NCBI GenBank assembly: GCA_011523505.1 | Contig: WTGP01000053.1 | Span: 581 to 64,580, forward strand | Direction of reading: 5' to 3' | Length of the DNA stretch: 64,000 bases | Source: Gammaproteobacteria bacterium | GTDB taxonomy: Bacteria > Pseudomonadota > Gammaproteobacteria > Steroidobacterales > Foliamicaceae | Shown: piece after piece, positions 50,905 to 58,879 of the stretch | Layout: every line of letters starts with the position of its first letter | Numbering within the stretch: position 1 is the first letter of the stretch | Translations under genes and position numbers: made by a program | Notes under the pieces: generated by a model | The model's database searches: none | Seen by the model: only the letters and a program-made list of their open reading frames with translations | Told to the model about the DNA's origin: nothing

Positions 50905-52700
50905 GGCTCGACCTGGGAGCCGGGGCTTCCCGCCCTCGAATCAGCCCCATCGGCCTGATCCACCGGGCGAATGGATCCAACCTCTATCGTCGCGTCGAAT
51001 ATCTCGAGCGACGCCTGAACGAAGGGATCGGCTTTGAACTCTTCCTCGGCTCGCTGCTGGCGCCGGCGCTCTGCCGCCCGGTTTCGGGCGGCCAGAGTAT
51101 CCCCTTTACCGGCGCCGGCAATTTCAATTTCCACCTTCCGAATGGCCGGCAGTGCAGCCAGGAGCGCGGATTCCAGCTCCTGCCGGACATCCTCCGTAAG
51201 AAGGTTCTCGTGCGCGCCGTCCAGGCGGAGCCGCAGGCATCCATCGCCGGCGTCCACCAGTTCGCTGTGCTCCGCGATGTCTCCGGAAAGTCCCTCCAGA
51301 CCCAGCCCGGCCACCGTCTCCGGCCACCTCCCCGGACTCAACGCCCCGTCGCCGGCTGGCGCGGCAGGCGCGCTGACCTCCTGCCGCGCCTCGGACTCTG
51401 CCGGCGTTTCGGGCGCAGGCGCTTCAGCCGCTTCCGGCATGGGTGCGACAGGTGCATCCGGCACGGGTGCGTGAGCCGATTCGGGCGCAGGTGCTGCAGG
51501 TGCTTCGGGCGCAGGTGCGGCAGGCGCTTCCGGCGCAGGCGCGGCAGGCGCGACAGGCGCCATGGGTGCAGGTGCCGGCCTGGCGGGCGCGCTCGCCCGC
51601 GTCGCCTTCGCCGCCGATACCGGCCGAAACGCCAGCATCCGCAGCAGGGTCATCTCCAGCCCAAGGCCCGGGTCCGGCGCGAGGGCCAGCTTGCTTCGTC
51701 CCTGTACCGCAATCTCGTAAAACAGCTGAACCTGGTCGGCGGGGAGCGCGTCCGCCAGCGGCGCGAGCATTTCGGCGTCGTCATCCTCGTCCAGCACGCC
51801 TTCTCCCACGGTTTGCAGCAGCGCCAGCCGCTGCAAAGCCGCCGCCATTTCCGCCAGGATATTGGCTGGATCCGCGAGGCGCTCGCGCAACTCCCTGGCG
51901 CCGTTCAGCAGGGCCTCCCCGTCGCCGCCGGCAAGCGCGTTGAGCAGGTGCACGATGCTGGGCTGATCGGCGCCGCCCAGCATGTCGGCCACGTCGGTCT
52001 CGCGCACCGCGTCGGCCCCGTAGGCGATCGCCTGGTCCAGCAGGCTCAATGCGTCACGCATGCTGCCGTTGGCGGCCCGGGCCAGTCGGGCGAGCGCCCC
52101 CGGCTCGGCTTCCACTTCCTCGCCCTCGCATATGGCCGTGAGCTGATCGCCGATCGTCTCGCTGTCCATGGACCGCAGGTTGATCTGCAGGCAGCGCGAC
52201 AGCACCGTCACCGGCAGCCGTTGCGGCTCGGTGGTGGCAAGCAGGAACTTGACGTGCGGCGGCGGCTCCTCCAGCGTCTTCAACAGTGCATTGAACGACG
52301 AAGCGCTCAGCATGTGCGCCTCGTCGATCAGGTAGATCTTGTAGCTGCCGGAAGCCGGGGCGTACTGGACGTTTTCCAGCAACTCGCGGGTCTGCTCGAC
52401 CTTGGTGCGCGAGGCCGCGTCCACTTCCATCAGGTCGACGAAGCTGCCTTCCTCAATGCTCCTGCAGCTCTCGCACTCGCCGCAGGGTTCCGGCGCCGCG
52501 CCCTTCCGGCAGTTCAGGGCCGCGGCAAGAATCCGCGCCAGCGTCGTCTTGCCCACTCCCCGGGTTCCGGCAAACAGCCACGCGTGATGCACCCGTTCGG
52601 CCGTTATGGCGTTGGTCAGCGCCCGCACCGCATGCGGCTGCCCGCGTACTTGTGAGAACTTGCGCGGCCGCCACTTGCGCGCCAGGACCAGGTAGCTCAT
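50901..52700 (-). CDS. dnaX: DNA polymerase III subunit tau/gamma
   Basis: MSYLVLARKWRPRKFSQVRGQPHAVRALTNAI...HAWLFAGTRGVGKTTLARILA..LNC....PCGECESC, KIYLIDEAHMLS. Pro/Ala-rich linker and a tau C-terminal domain. Confidence 0.95.
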   Translation of the reverse strand: MSYLVLARKWRPRKFSQVRGQPHAVRALTNAITAERVHHAWLFAGTRGVGKTTLARILAAALNCRKGAAPEPCGECESCRSIEEGSFVDLMEVDAASRTKVEQTRELLENVQYAPASGSYKIYLIDEAHMLSASSFNALLKTLEEPPPHVKFLLATTEPQRLPVTVLSRCLQINLRSMDSETIGDQLTAICEGEEVEAEPGALARLARAANGSMRDALSLLDQAIAYGADAVRETDVADMLGGADQPSIVHLLNALAGGDGEALLNGARELRERLADPANILAEMAAALQRLALLQTVGEGVLDEDDDAEMLAPLADALPADQVQLFYEIAVQGRSKLALAPDPGLGLEMTLLRMLAFRPVSAAKATRASAPARPAPAPMAPVAPAAPAPEAPAAPAPEAPAAPAPESAHAPVPDAPVAPMPEAAEAPAPETPAESEARQEVSAPAAPAGDGALSPGRWPETVAGLGLEGLSGDIAEHSELVDAGDGCLRLRLDGAHENLLTEDVRQELESALLAALPAIRKVEIEIAGAGKGDTLAARNRAAERRRQQRAEEEFKADPFVQASLEIFDATIEVGSIRPVDQADGADSRAGSPGSQVEP

Positions 52701-52858
52701 GGGCGAAGCCTATCAGAGCCACGCGAATATTTCCTGCGCAGGCGCCGGCCCCGATCACGCGTTCGCAATCCGATAGAAAAGTATTGGTTTCCGCCCAATA
52801 AGCCTCTTGCAAACGCAGGAGCGTTACGCAGAATCACGTCGCAGGCCCTGAGCCAACC

Positions 52859-52886
52859 TTGACACAGGAAGGAGGTTAGTCATACT
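52859..52886 (+). promoter_or_regulatory. Putative sigma70 promoter for the TA pair (TTGACA - 16 nt - CATACT)
   Basis: TTGACAcaggaaggaggttagtCATACT lies about 30 nt upstream of the antitoxin ATG. Half-site-like TAGTCAT/TAATCAT repeats follow. Motif match only. Confidence 0.35.
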
Positions 52887-52916
52887 TTTAGCTAATCATT
52901 CCCGGGGATTACAACG

Positions 52917-53150
52917 ATGACCATCGTCAACGTCCATAAAGCCAAGACCCAGCTCTCCCGACTGCTTGCCCAGGTCGAGAACGGCGAAGAGGTTGTCATT
53001 GCGCGCAACGGGACACCCGTGGCGCGGCTGATTTGCATACAGAAGCCCGGCAAGCCCCGTTTCGGCGCATGGAAGGACCGCATTTCGATCGACGACAGCT
53101 TTCTGGAGCCCTTGCCCGAAGAAGAACTGGCCGCGTGGGAGGCAACTTGA
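52917..53150 (+). CDS. Type II antitoxin, Phd/YefM-like (partner of the VapC PIN toxin)
   Basis: MTIVNVHKAKTQLSRLLAQVENGEEVVIARNGTPVARL is the typical Phd/YefM N-terminus. It lies 3 nt upstream of the PIN gene. Confidence 0.85.
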   Translation: MTIVNVHKAKTQLSRLLAQVENGEEVVIARNGTPVARLICIQKPGKPRFGAWKDRISIDDSFLEPLPEEELAAWEAT

Positions 53151-53153
53151 ACA

Positions 53154-53540
53154 ATGCGGCTCCTGCTCGATACGCATGCCTTTCTCTGGTGGCTGGCGGG
53201 AAGCAAGCGATTGCCGGTCCGGGTTCGTCACGCCATCCGCGACGACGCCAACTCCAAGCTGATCAGCGCGGCCTCCGCTTGGGAAATCACCACCAAACAC
53301 CGCCTCGGCAAACTTCCGGACGCCGGAGAACTGGCGCAGGACATTACCGGCGCCATTACCGGACAGGGATTTGATGAGCTGCCGATCACCGTTCAGGATG
53401 CAGCAAGAGCCGGGGGCCTGCCCGGACCCCACCGCGACCCCTTCGACCGGGTGCTGATCGCACAATCGCTCGCGCTCGACCTGGTGCTGGTGTCCAACGA
53501 GGACCTGTTCGACCGCTACGGCGTTCGCCGCCTTTGGTAG
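53154..53540 (+). CDS. vapC: PIN-domain ribonuclease toxin VapC
   Basis: MRLLLDTHAFLWW...SAASAWEITTK...HRDPFDRVLIAQSL...LVSNDxxF pattern, carrying the conserved acidic PIN residues D6, E44 and D95. Confidence 0.88.
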   Translation: MRLLLDTHAFLWWLAGSKRLPVRVRHAIRDDANSKLISAASAWEITTKHRLGKLPDAGELAQDITGAITGQGFDELPITVQDAARAGGLPGPHRDPFDRVLIAQSLALDLVLVSNEDLFDRYGVRRLW

Positions 53541-53675
53541 GCGCGCAAGGAACAGTTTCCGCTCTTACCTGCTGCACACCATATGGCTCGACCACTGCCA
53601 ATTCCCTCAACGCGCAAAACGAGGTGCTAGACTGCCGAACCTGCCGAGAACCGCGGGCCATGGGAGAAGAGCAGA

Positions 53676-55130
53676 ATGGAAGAGCCATCGCGCGAGTTGC
53701 GCAAGCGTCTGGACCACCCCGTCATCGACACGGACGGGCACATGCTGGAGCTGTCGCCGGTGATCTTCGATTACTTCAAGCAGGTGGGCGGGCCGGAAAT
53801 GACCGAGGAGGCCTTCACGGACCTGCGTCTGCGTGACGGGCTGAAATGGTACGAAATGGACCGCTCCGAGCACCGGCGTCACAACCTCATACGGCCGGCC
53901 CACTGGGCGGCCCCGGCGGAGAACACGCTCGACTTGGCGACCGCGATGCTGCCGAAGCTCATGCACGAGCGGCTTCCGGAGATGGGAATCGACTATGCGG
54001 TCGTCTATCCGACCATCGGCTTCGCGCTCCCCGACATCAAGGACAACGACGCCCGCCGGGCGGCCTGCCGGGCCCACAACCTGATGATGGCGGACATGTA
54101 CCGGGGCTTCGAGGACCGGCTGACGCCGGCGGCGGTCATTCCCTGCCAGACGCCCGAGGAAGCCATCGAGGAACTCGACTACGCCATCGGCGAACTGAAT
54201 TTCAAGGTGCCGATGTTCATCAACCTGGTGCGCCGCCCGATCGAGGCGGTCGAACAGCAGGCTCCGGCAATGTCACGCTACGCCTTCTGGATCGACACGC
54301 TGGCCTACGACAGCATCTACGACTACGACCCGCTCTGGCAGCGCTGCTTGGACCTCAAGGTCCCGGTGACGGCGCATGCGGTCGGTCAGGGGATGCACAT
54401 GCGCCGGTCCATCAGCAATTACATGTACAACCAGATCGGGCACTTTGCCGACGCGGGTCACGCCTTCGCCAAGTCGCTGTTCTTCGGCGGCGTGACGCAC
54501 CGCTTCCCGGAGCTGAACTTCGCCTTCCTGGAATGCGGGGTCGCCTGGGGCGCCAGCCTCATCTGCGACCTCAAGGAGCGCTGGGAGAAACGCGGCGCCG
54601 CGGGAATCCAGCAACTGAACCCGGAAAAGATCGACCGCGAACTGCTCAGATCGCTGTTCGAGCAGTACGGCGGCGAGGTCCTGTCCGGGCGTGCGCAACA
54701 AGGCGCGTTCCTGAGAAAGGTATCGGAGCACGACGGCGAAGACGATTTCGCGGCCGCCCACGTCAACAGCGTCGAAGACCTGCTCGAACGGCTGGTCCCG
54801 AACTTCTACTACGGCTGCGAGGCGGACGACCGGATGAACGCGATCGCGTTCGACACTCGGCTTATTCCGGGCGGAAGCAAACTCAACGCAATGTTCTCGT
54901 CGGACTTCGGCCACTGGGACGTCACCGACATGACCGGGATCCTGAGCGAAGCGCACGAACTCGTCGAAGACGGCCTGATGAGCGACGACGATTTCGCCGA
55001 CTTCGTATTCCGCCATGCCGCGCGGCTGTTCACGAGCATGAACCCCGAGTTTTTCGTCGGCACGGCCGTGGAGAAAGACGTCGCAAAGATGTTGGCGAAC
55101 GAAGCGGGAAACTCACCCGGAGTTCCCTGA
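53676..55130 (+). CDS. Amidohydrolase-2 family (PF04909-like TIM-barrel metal-dependent hydrolase), paralog 1
   Basis: HPVIDTDGHMLE at the N-terminus (the IDxDGH motif typical of this family), VPVTAHAVGQG, and FSSDFGHWDVTD near the C-terminus. An SD-like GGGAGAAG lies upstream of the ATG. Confidence 0.8.
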   Translation: MEEPSRELRKRLDHPVIDTDGHMLELSPVIFDYFKQVGGPEMTEEAFTDLRLRDGLKWYEMDRSEHRRHNLIRPAHWAAPAENTLDLATAMLPKLMHERLPEMGIDYAVVYPTIGFALPDIKDNDARRAACRAHNLMMADMYRGFEDRLTPAAVIPCQTPEEAIEELDYAIGELNFKVPMFINLVRRPIEAVEQQAPAMSRYAFWIDTLAYDSIYDYDPLWQRCLDLKVPVTAHAVGQGMHMRRSISNYMYNQIGHFADAGHAFAKSLFFGGVTHRFPELNFAFLECGVAWGASLICDLKERWEKRGAAGIQQLNPEKIDRELLRSLFEQYGGEVLSGRAQQGAFLRKVSEHDGEDDFAAAHVNSVEDLLERLVPNFYYGCEADDRMNAIAFDTRLIPGGSKLNAMFSSDFGHWDVTDMTGILSEAHELVEDGLMSDDDFADFVFRHAARLFTSMNPEFFVGTAVEKDVAKMLANEAGNSPGVP

Positions 55131-55481
55131 AGCCTGGTGCAATGACCAGTTCGGATCGCGAACGCGTTTGCCGGGCGGCTGTTCAAAATACTCACGCGGA
55201 AGATACACATCCTCTCCGCCTTCCCGGAAACTCCCTACAAGAACGACGCCCGTGCAATCGGGCTCCAGTGGCGGCATCTGCTGCATCACCGGCTCCCAGT
55301 CTTCCCACGAGTCGAGTTTTGCGTTTTCCATCCACTCGTCTGCGAGAAATTCCTCCCACGTAGTGGGCATCGCATCGGGCCTCGAAGCAAAGAGATTTGG
55401 CCCACCCATGGAACAGGCGCAAAGCAACCCCGCGCAAATAGAAACCACCCAAAGTCCACTTCCCGGTCGGCGCTTCCTCAT
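55113..55481 (-). CDS. Hypothetical small lipoprotein (122 aa), acidic and Trp-rich
   Basis: MRKRRPGSGLWVVSICAGLLCAC|S lipobox. The start is placed at internal ATG 55481. AT-richer region. 18-nt convergent overlap with paralog 1. Confidence 0.55.
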   Translation of the reverse strand: MRKRRPGSGLWVVSICAGLLCACSMGGPNLFASRPDAMPTTWEEFLADEWMENAKLDSWEDWEPVMQQMPPLEPDCTGVVLVGSFREGGEDVYLPREYFEQPPGKRVRDPNWSLHQASGNSG

Positions 55482-55587
55482 GGCCGTTCTTATTACTCCC
55501 ATTGTCAAACTGCGCATCATCACGATCCTCCAATCGCCAGGACCGATCATACTTCCACCTAGCAGTGCTTGAGTAGCCAACTTAGGC

Positions 55588-56427
55588 TCAGGGGGAGCCC
55601 AGACGCCCCTGTGAAAACGGATCTCGCGACTGCGGTCTTCGATCCGACCGACGGCCGATACGAGTAGTAGCACCGTACTTCGCTTCCCTGTCAAAAAATC
55701 CCATGCGGCTGGTGTTAAGGCGCTGTACTTCACCATCGACTTCCTTCCAGTCCTTGTTCGGCCGAAAGCGCTGTTCCCTTTCGCTGTCCGTCATCCTGAC
55801 GATATTGCGCAATTCCGTAGTCTCTTCCCCACCATGGCCAGTCATTCGGAATGTTCTTTTCACACGTAGGGGAAACCCGAAGTCTTCCGTAAACCATTCC
55901 TCGACCTGTGTGCGCAGCGTAAGTCCGCGACCGGAGTGCTCGATCTCATGAAGGGCTCCGTTACACATTGCGCCGTTGATCTCGCGGTTGCCCAAACTCC
56001 TGGTGAGTATCCCCACGAGAACCTGCTCGTCCATCGGCTTTAGACCGTGAACGGCGTTTCCTGCTTGTTCAATACCGAGTTTGTGCGTGCTGTAGTAACC
56101 GCGTTTCGAGTTCGCCCTCCACTCGACCTGCGCAACCGGGTCAACGATATGTGTCCACTCATCGAAGTCGTACCGCGTACGGCCGCGTTCGTCCTGCGAC
56201 CATCGGCCGACCTCGACACGCCCCTGCATGGCTCGAATGGGCTGTGAAATTACGTTCTCTGCCTGAATGGCCACACCCTGCGCAGCCGTGCCGAACACGA
56301 ATCCACTAAACAGGAATACAAGGGGGGCCAACAGGACCGCGCGAGCAAATGCTTGCACGAGCACAACCCTGCGGCCCAACACGTCATGCCGCCTCCTAGT
56401 CCTTGATGGTGGCATAACAGGCATCAT
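55588..56427 (-). CDS. Hypothetical exported/membrane-anchored protein (about 279 aa)
   Basis: N-terminus MMPVMPPSRTRRRHDVLGRRVVLVQAFARAVLLAPLVFLFSGFVFGTAAQG (signal or anchor). The start is placed at ATG 56427/56415 to avoid overlap with the upstream gene. No family recognised. Confidence 0.55.
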   Translation of the reverse strand: MMPVMPPSRTRRRHDVLGRRVVLVQAFARAVLLAPLVFLFSGFVFGTAAQGVAIQAENVISQPIRAMQGRVEVGRWSQDERGRTRYDFDEWTHIVDPVAQVEWRANSKRGYYSTHKLGIEQAGNAVHGLKPMDEQVLVGILTRSLGNREINGAMCNGALHEIEHSGRGLTLRTQVEEWFTEDFGFPLRVKRTFRMTGHGGEETTELRNIVRMTDSEREQRFRPNKDWKEVDGEVQRLNTSRMGFFDREAKYGATTRIGRRSDRRPQSRDPFSQGRLGSP

Positions 56428-56494
56428 CCCTCCGTTTCCGTCAGTCTCCGGCTTCCTCCCTGGAGGTATAGATGCAAAGACGAGCGATAAGGAC

Positions 56495-57304
56495 TCAGTT
56501 GTCGATGGCTCGGGCGACTCGGAAACCGAGGCTCCTGTTGCGTTCATCAGGGGCGTGGGTGAACCGCATCGCGGAGCGCAGGTCGTAGTGAAAATCGTCG
56601 TACGAGCCGCCTCGCAGGATGCGCCGGGAGCAGTCGCCGCTCAGCCAGGCACTGCCGTCCGAAGGGGCGTCTTCATAGTTCTCGTTCCAGCAGTCCTCCA
56701 CCCACTCCCAGACGTTGCCGTGCACGTCATGCAGACCAAACGCATTGGGCGCGAACGATCCCACGGGGGCGGTCTGATAATAGTCCCACTCGGTTGCACA
56801 GCCACCGCAATTGGCGTTTCCCTGGCCGATTTTGCTTCCCCACGTGAACTGCGTGATCGATCCTGCCCGGGCGGCATATTCCCATTCGGCCTCCGTCAAC
56901 AGCCGGTAGGTTTGACCGGTCTGCGAGGACAACCAGGCGACGTAGTCCTTAGCCTCATTCCATGACACATTCACGACCGGCTGCCGCCCGCGGCCCCAGC
57001 CCTCGTCGTCGACTTCATCGGGCGCTGCAAAGCGGTCGTAATCCTCGAAGGTGATCTCGTACTTCGACACGGCAAAGGCCTGTGAAATCGTCACCGTGTG
57101 CACCGGCAGCTCGTCGTCGTAGCACTCCTCACCCGAAACGCAACCCATCTCGAAACTGCCGGCCGGAATGAACACCATCTCGGGCCCCCGATCACCGTCC
57201 CTCAGTGCGTCCGAGAAACTCTCCCCCGGTTCCTGCCCTGCCACGGGGCCTGCATGCATCCAGGCGAGAGTGGTTAGGGCGCACACCGCCAATGCTTTTC
57301 TCAT
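56495..57304 (-). CDS. Secreted FGE-sulfatase-fold (SUMF1/PvdO-like) protein lacking the catalytic Cys pair
   Basis: Signal peptide MRKALAVCALTTLAWMHAGPVAGQ; FGE-fold motifs PVVNVSWNEAKDYVAWL, YRLLTEAEWEYAARAG, GLHDVHGNVWEWVEDCW, LRGGSY...LGFRVAR. The CxxxxC of true FGEs is replaced by DDFHYD. Confidence 0.85.
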   Translation of the reverse strand: MRKALAVCALTTLAWMHAGPVAGQEPGESFSDALRDGDRGPEMVFIPAGSFEMGCVSGEECYDDELPVHTVTISQAFAVSKYEITFEDYDRFAAPDEVDDEGWGRGRQPVVNVSWNEAKDYVAWLSSQTGQTYRLLTEAEWEYAARAGSITQFTWGSKIGQGNANCGGCATEWDYYQTAPVGSFAPNAFGLHDVHGNVWEWVEDCWNENYEDAPSDGSAWLSGDCSRRILRGGSYDDFHYDLRSAMRFTHAPDERNRSLGFRVARAIDN

Positions 57305-57410
57305 GGTCGCCCCCCGGTAGTCACACGCTGGACATTCTCGCACAGCGCCCGGTCATGGTTATGATCTAATGTCACGTCTTGCGCTGCAGCAGGCGATGGA
57401 GGGCAAGGCC

Positions 57411-58871
57411 ATGAGCAAAGCGAATCCTTCACCTTCACGTGAGCTTCGTTCGCGTTTGAACCACCCCGTCATCGACACCGACGGGCATATGGTGGAACTG
57501 TTCCCGGTGATCTTCGATTACATCAAGCAGGTGGGCGGGCCGGAAATGTCCGAGAAGATGTTCACGAGCCTGCGCCGCCAGAACAATCGCAGCTGGTACG
57601 AAATGGACCAAGCCCAGCGCCGCCACCACAACCTCATCCGTCCCGCCTTCTGGGCCGCGCCCGCCGAGAACACGACCGACCTCGCAACCGCGATGCTGCC
57701 GAAGCTCATGCACGAGCGGCTGCCGGAAATGGGCATCGACTACGCCGTGGTCTATCCGACCATCGGTTTCCTGCTGCCCGAGATCGCCGACGACGAAGTG
57801 CGCCGGGCAGCCTGCCGGGCCCACAACCTGATGATGGCGGACATCTACCGCGGTTTCGAGGACCGCCTGACGCCCGCGGCGGTCATCCCCTGCCACACGC
57901 CCGAAGAAGCCATCGAGGAGCTGGATTACGCGCTCGGGGAACTGAATTTCAAGGTGCCGATGTTCATCAACCTCGTGAAACGTCCGATCGGCGCGGTCCA
58001 GGAGGTGGACCCGGACCTCAGGCCCTACGCGTTCTGGGTGGACACGCTGGCGATCGACAGCATCTACGACTACGACCCGCTCTGGCAGCGATGCATGGAC
58101 CTGAAGGTGCCGGTGACCGCGCATGCGGTCGGACAGGGCATGCACATGCGCCGGTCGATCAGCAACTACATGTACAACCAGACCGGGCACTTCGCCGACG
58201 CCGGACACGCCTTCGCCAAGGCTCTGTTCTTCGGCGGCGTGACGCACCGCTTCCCGAAGCTCAACTTTGCCTTCCTGGAGTGCGGCGTCGCCTGGGGCGC
58301 GAGCCTTGTCTGCGACCTGAAGGAGCGCTGGGAGAAGCGCAGCGCCGAGGCGATCGAACAGTTCAACCCGGCCAAGATCGACCGGGAGCTGATGGGATCG
58401 CTGTTCGAACAGTACGGCGGCGAGGTCCTGTCGGGCCGCCTGCCCAAGGGCGCCATCCTGCGCAACGTGGTCGAGCGCGACGGCGTCGACGATTTCGCGG
58501 CCGCCCACGTCAACAGCGTCGACGACCTGCTCGACCGGCTGGTGCCGAACTTCTACTACGGCTGCGAGGCGGACGACCGGATGAACGTGACCGCGTTCGA
58601 CACGCGGGTCCTGCCGGGCGGGCGCAAGCTGAATGCGATGTTCTCGTCGGACTTCGGCCACTGGGACGTCACCGACATGTCGGGCGTCCTCGTGGAAGCG
58701 CATGAACTGGTCGAAGACGGCCTGTTGAGCGACGAGGATTTCGCCGATTTCGTGTTCCACAATCCCGCGCGCCTGTTCGCGCGCATGGACCCGGATTTCT
58801 TCGCCGACACGGCCGTGGAGGCCGAGGTCGCGAAGATGCTGGCGAACGGCGGGCAGGCTGCCGCAGCTTGA
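57411..58871 (+). CDS. Amidohydrolase-2 family hydrolase, paralog 2 (first gene of the ABC-transporter operon)
   Basis: 384/471 residues are identical to paralog 1 in a gap-free hand alignment. ATG 57411 is preceded by GGAGGG and 7 nt. Confidence 0.8.
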   Translation: MSKANPSPSRELRSRLNHPVIDTDGHMVELFPVIFDYIKQVGGPEMSEKMFTSLRRQNNRSWYEMDQAQRRHHNLIRPAFWAAPAENTTDLATAMLPKLMHERLPEMGIDYAVVYPTIGFLLPEIADDEVRRAACRAHNLMMADIYRGFEDRLTPAAVIPCHTPEEAIEELDYALGELNFKVPMFINLVKRPIGAVQEVDPDLRPYAFWVDTLAIDSIYDYDPLWQRCMDLKVPVTAHAVGQGMHMRRSISNYMYNQTGHFADAGHAFAKALFFGGVTHRFPKLNFAFLECGVAWGASLVCDLKERWEKRSAEAIEQFNPAKIDRELMGSLFEQYGGEVLSGRLPKGAILRNVVERDGVDDFAAAHVNSVDDLLDRLVPNFYYGCEADDRMNVTAFDTRVLPGGRKLNAMFSSDFGHWDVTDMSGVLVEAHELVEDGLLSDEDFADFVFHNPARLFARMDPDFFADTAVEAEVAKMLANGGQAAAA

Positions 58872-58879
58872 ACCGGCCG

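Noticed and set aside
52701-52860. Possible SRP (4.5S) RNA upstream of dnaX, as found in some bacteria
   Set aside because: No match to the conserved SRP domain IV sequence (GGUGCUGUUUACCAGGUCAGGUCCGGAAGGAAGCAGCC-like) on either strand.
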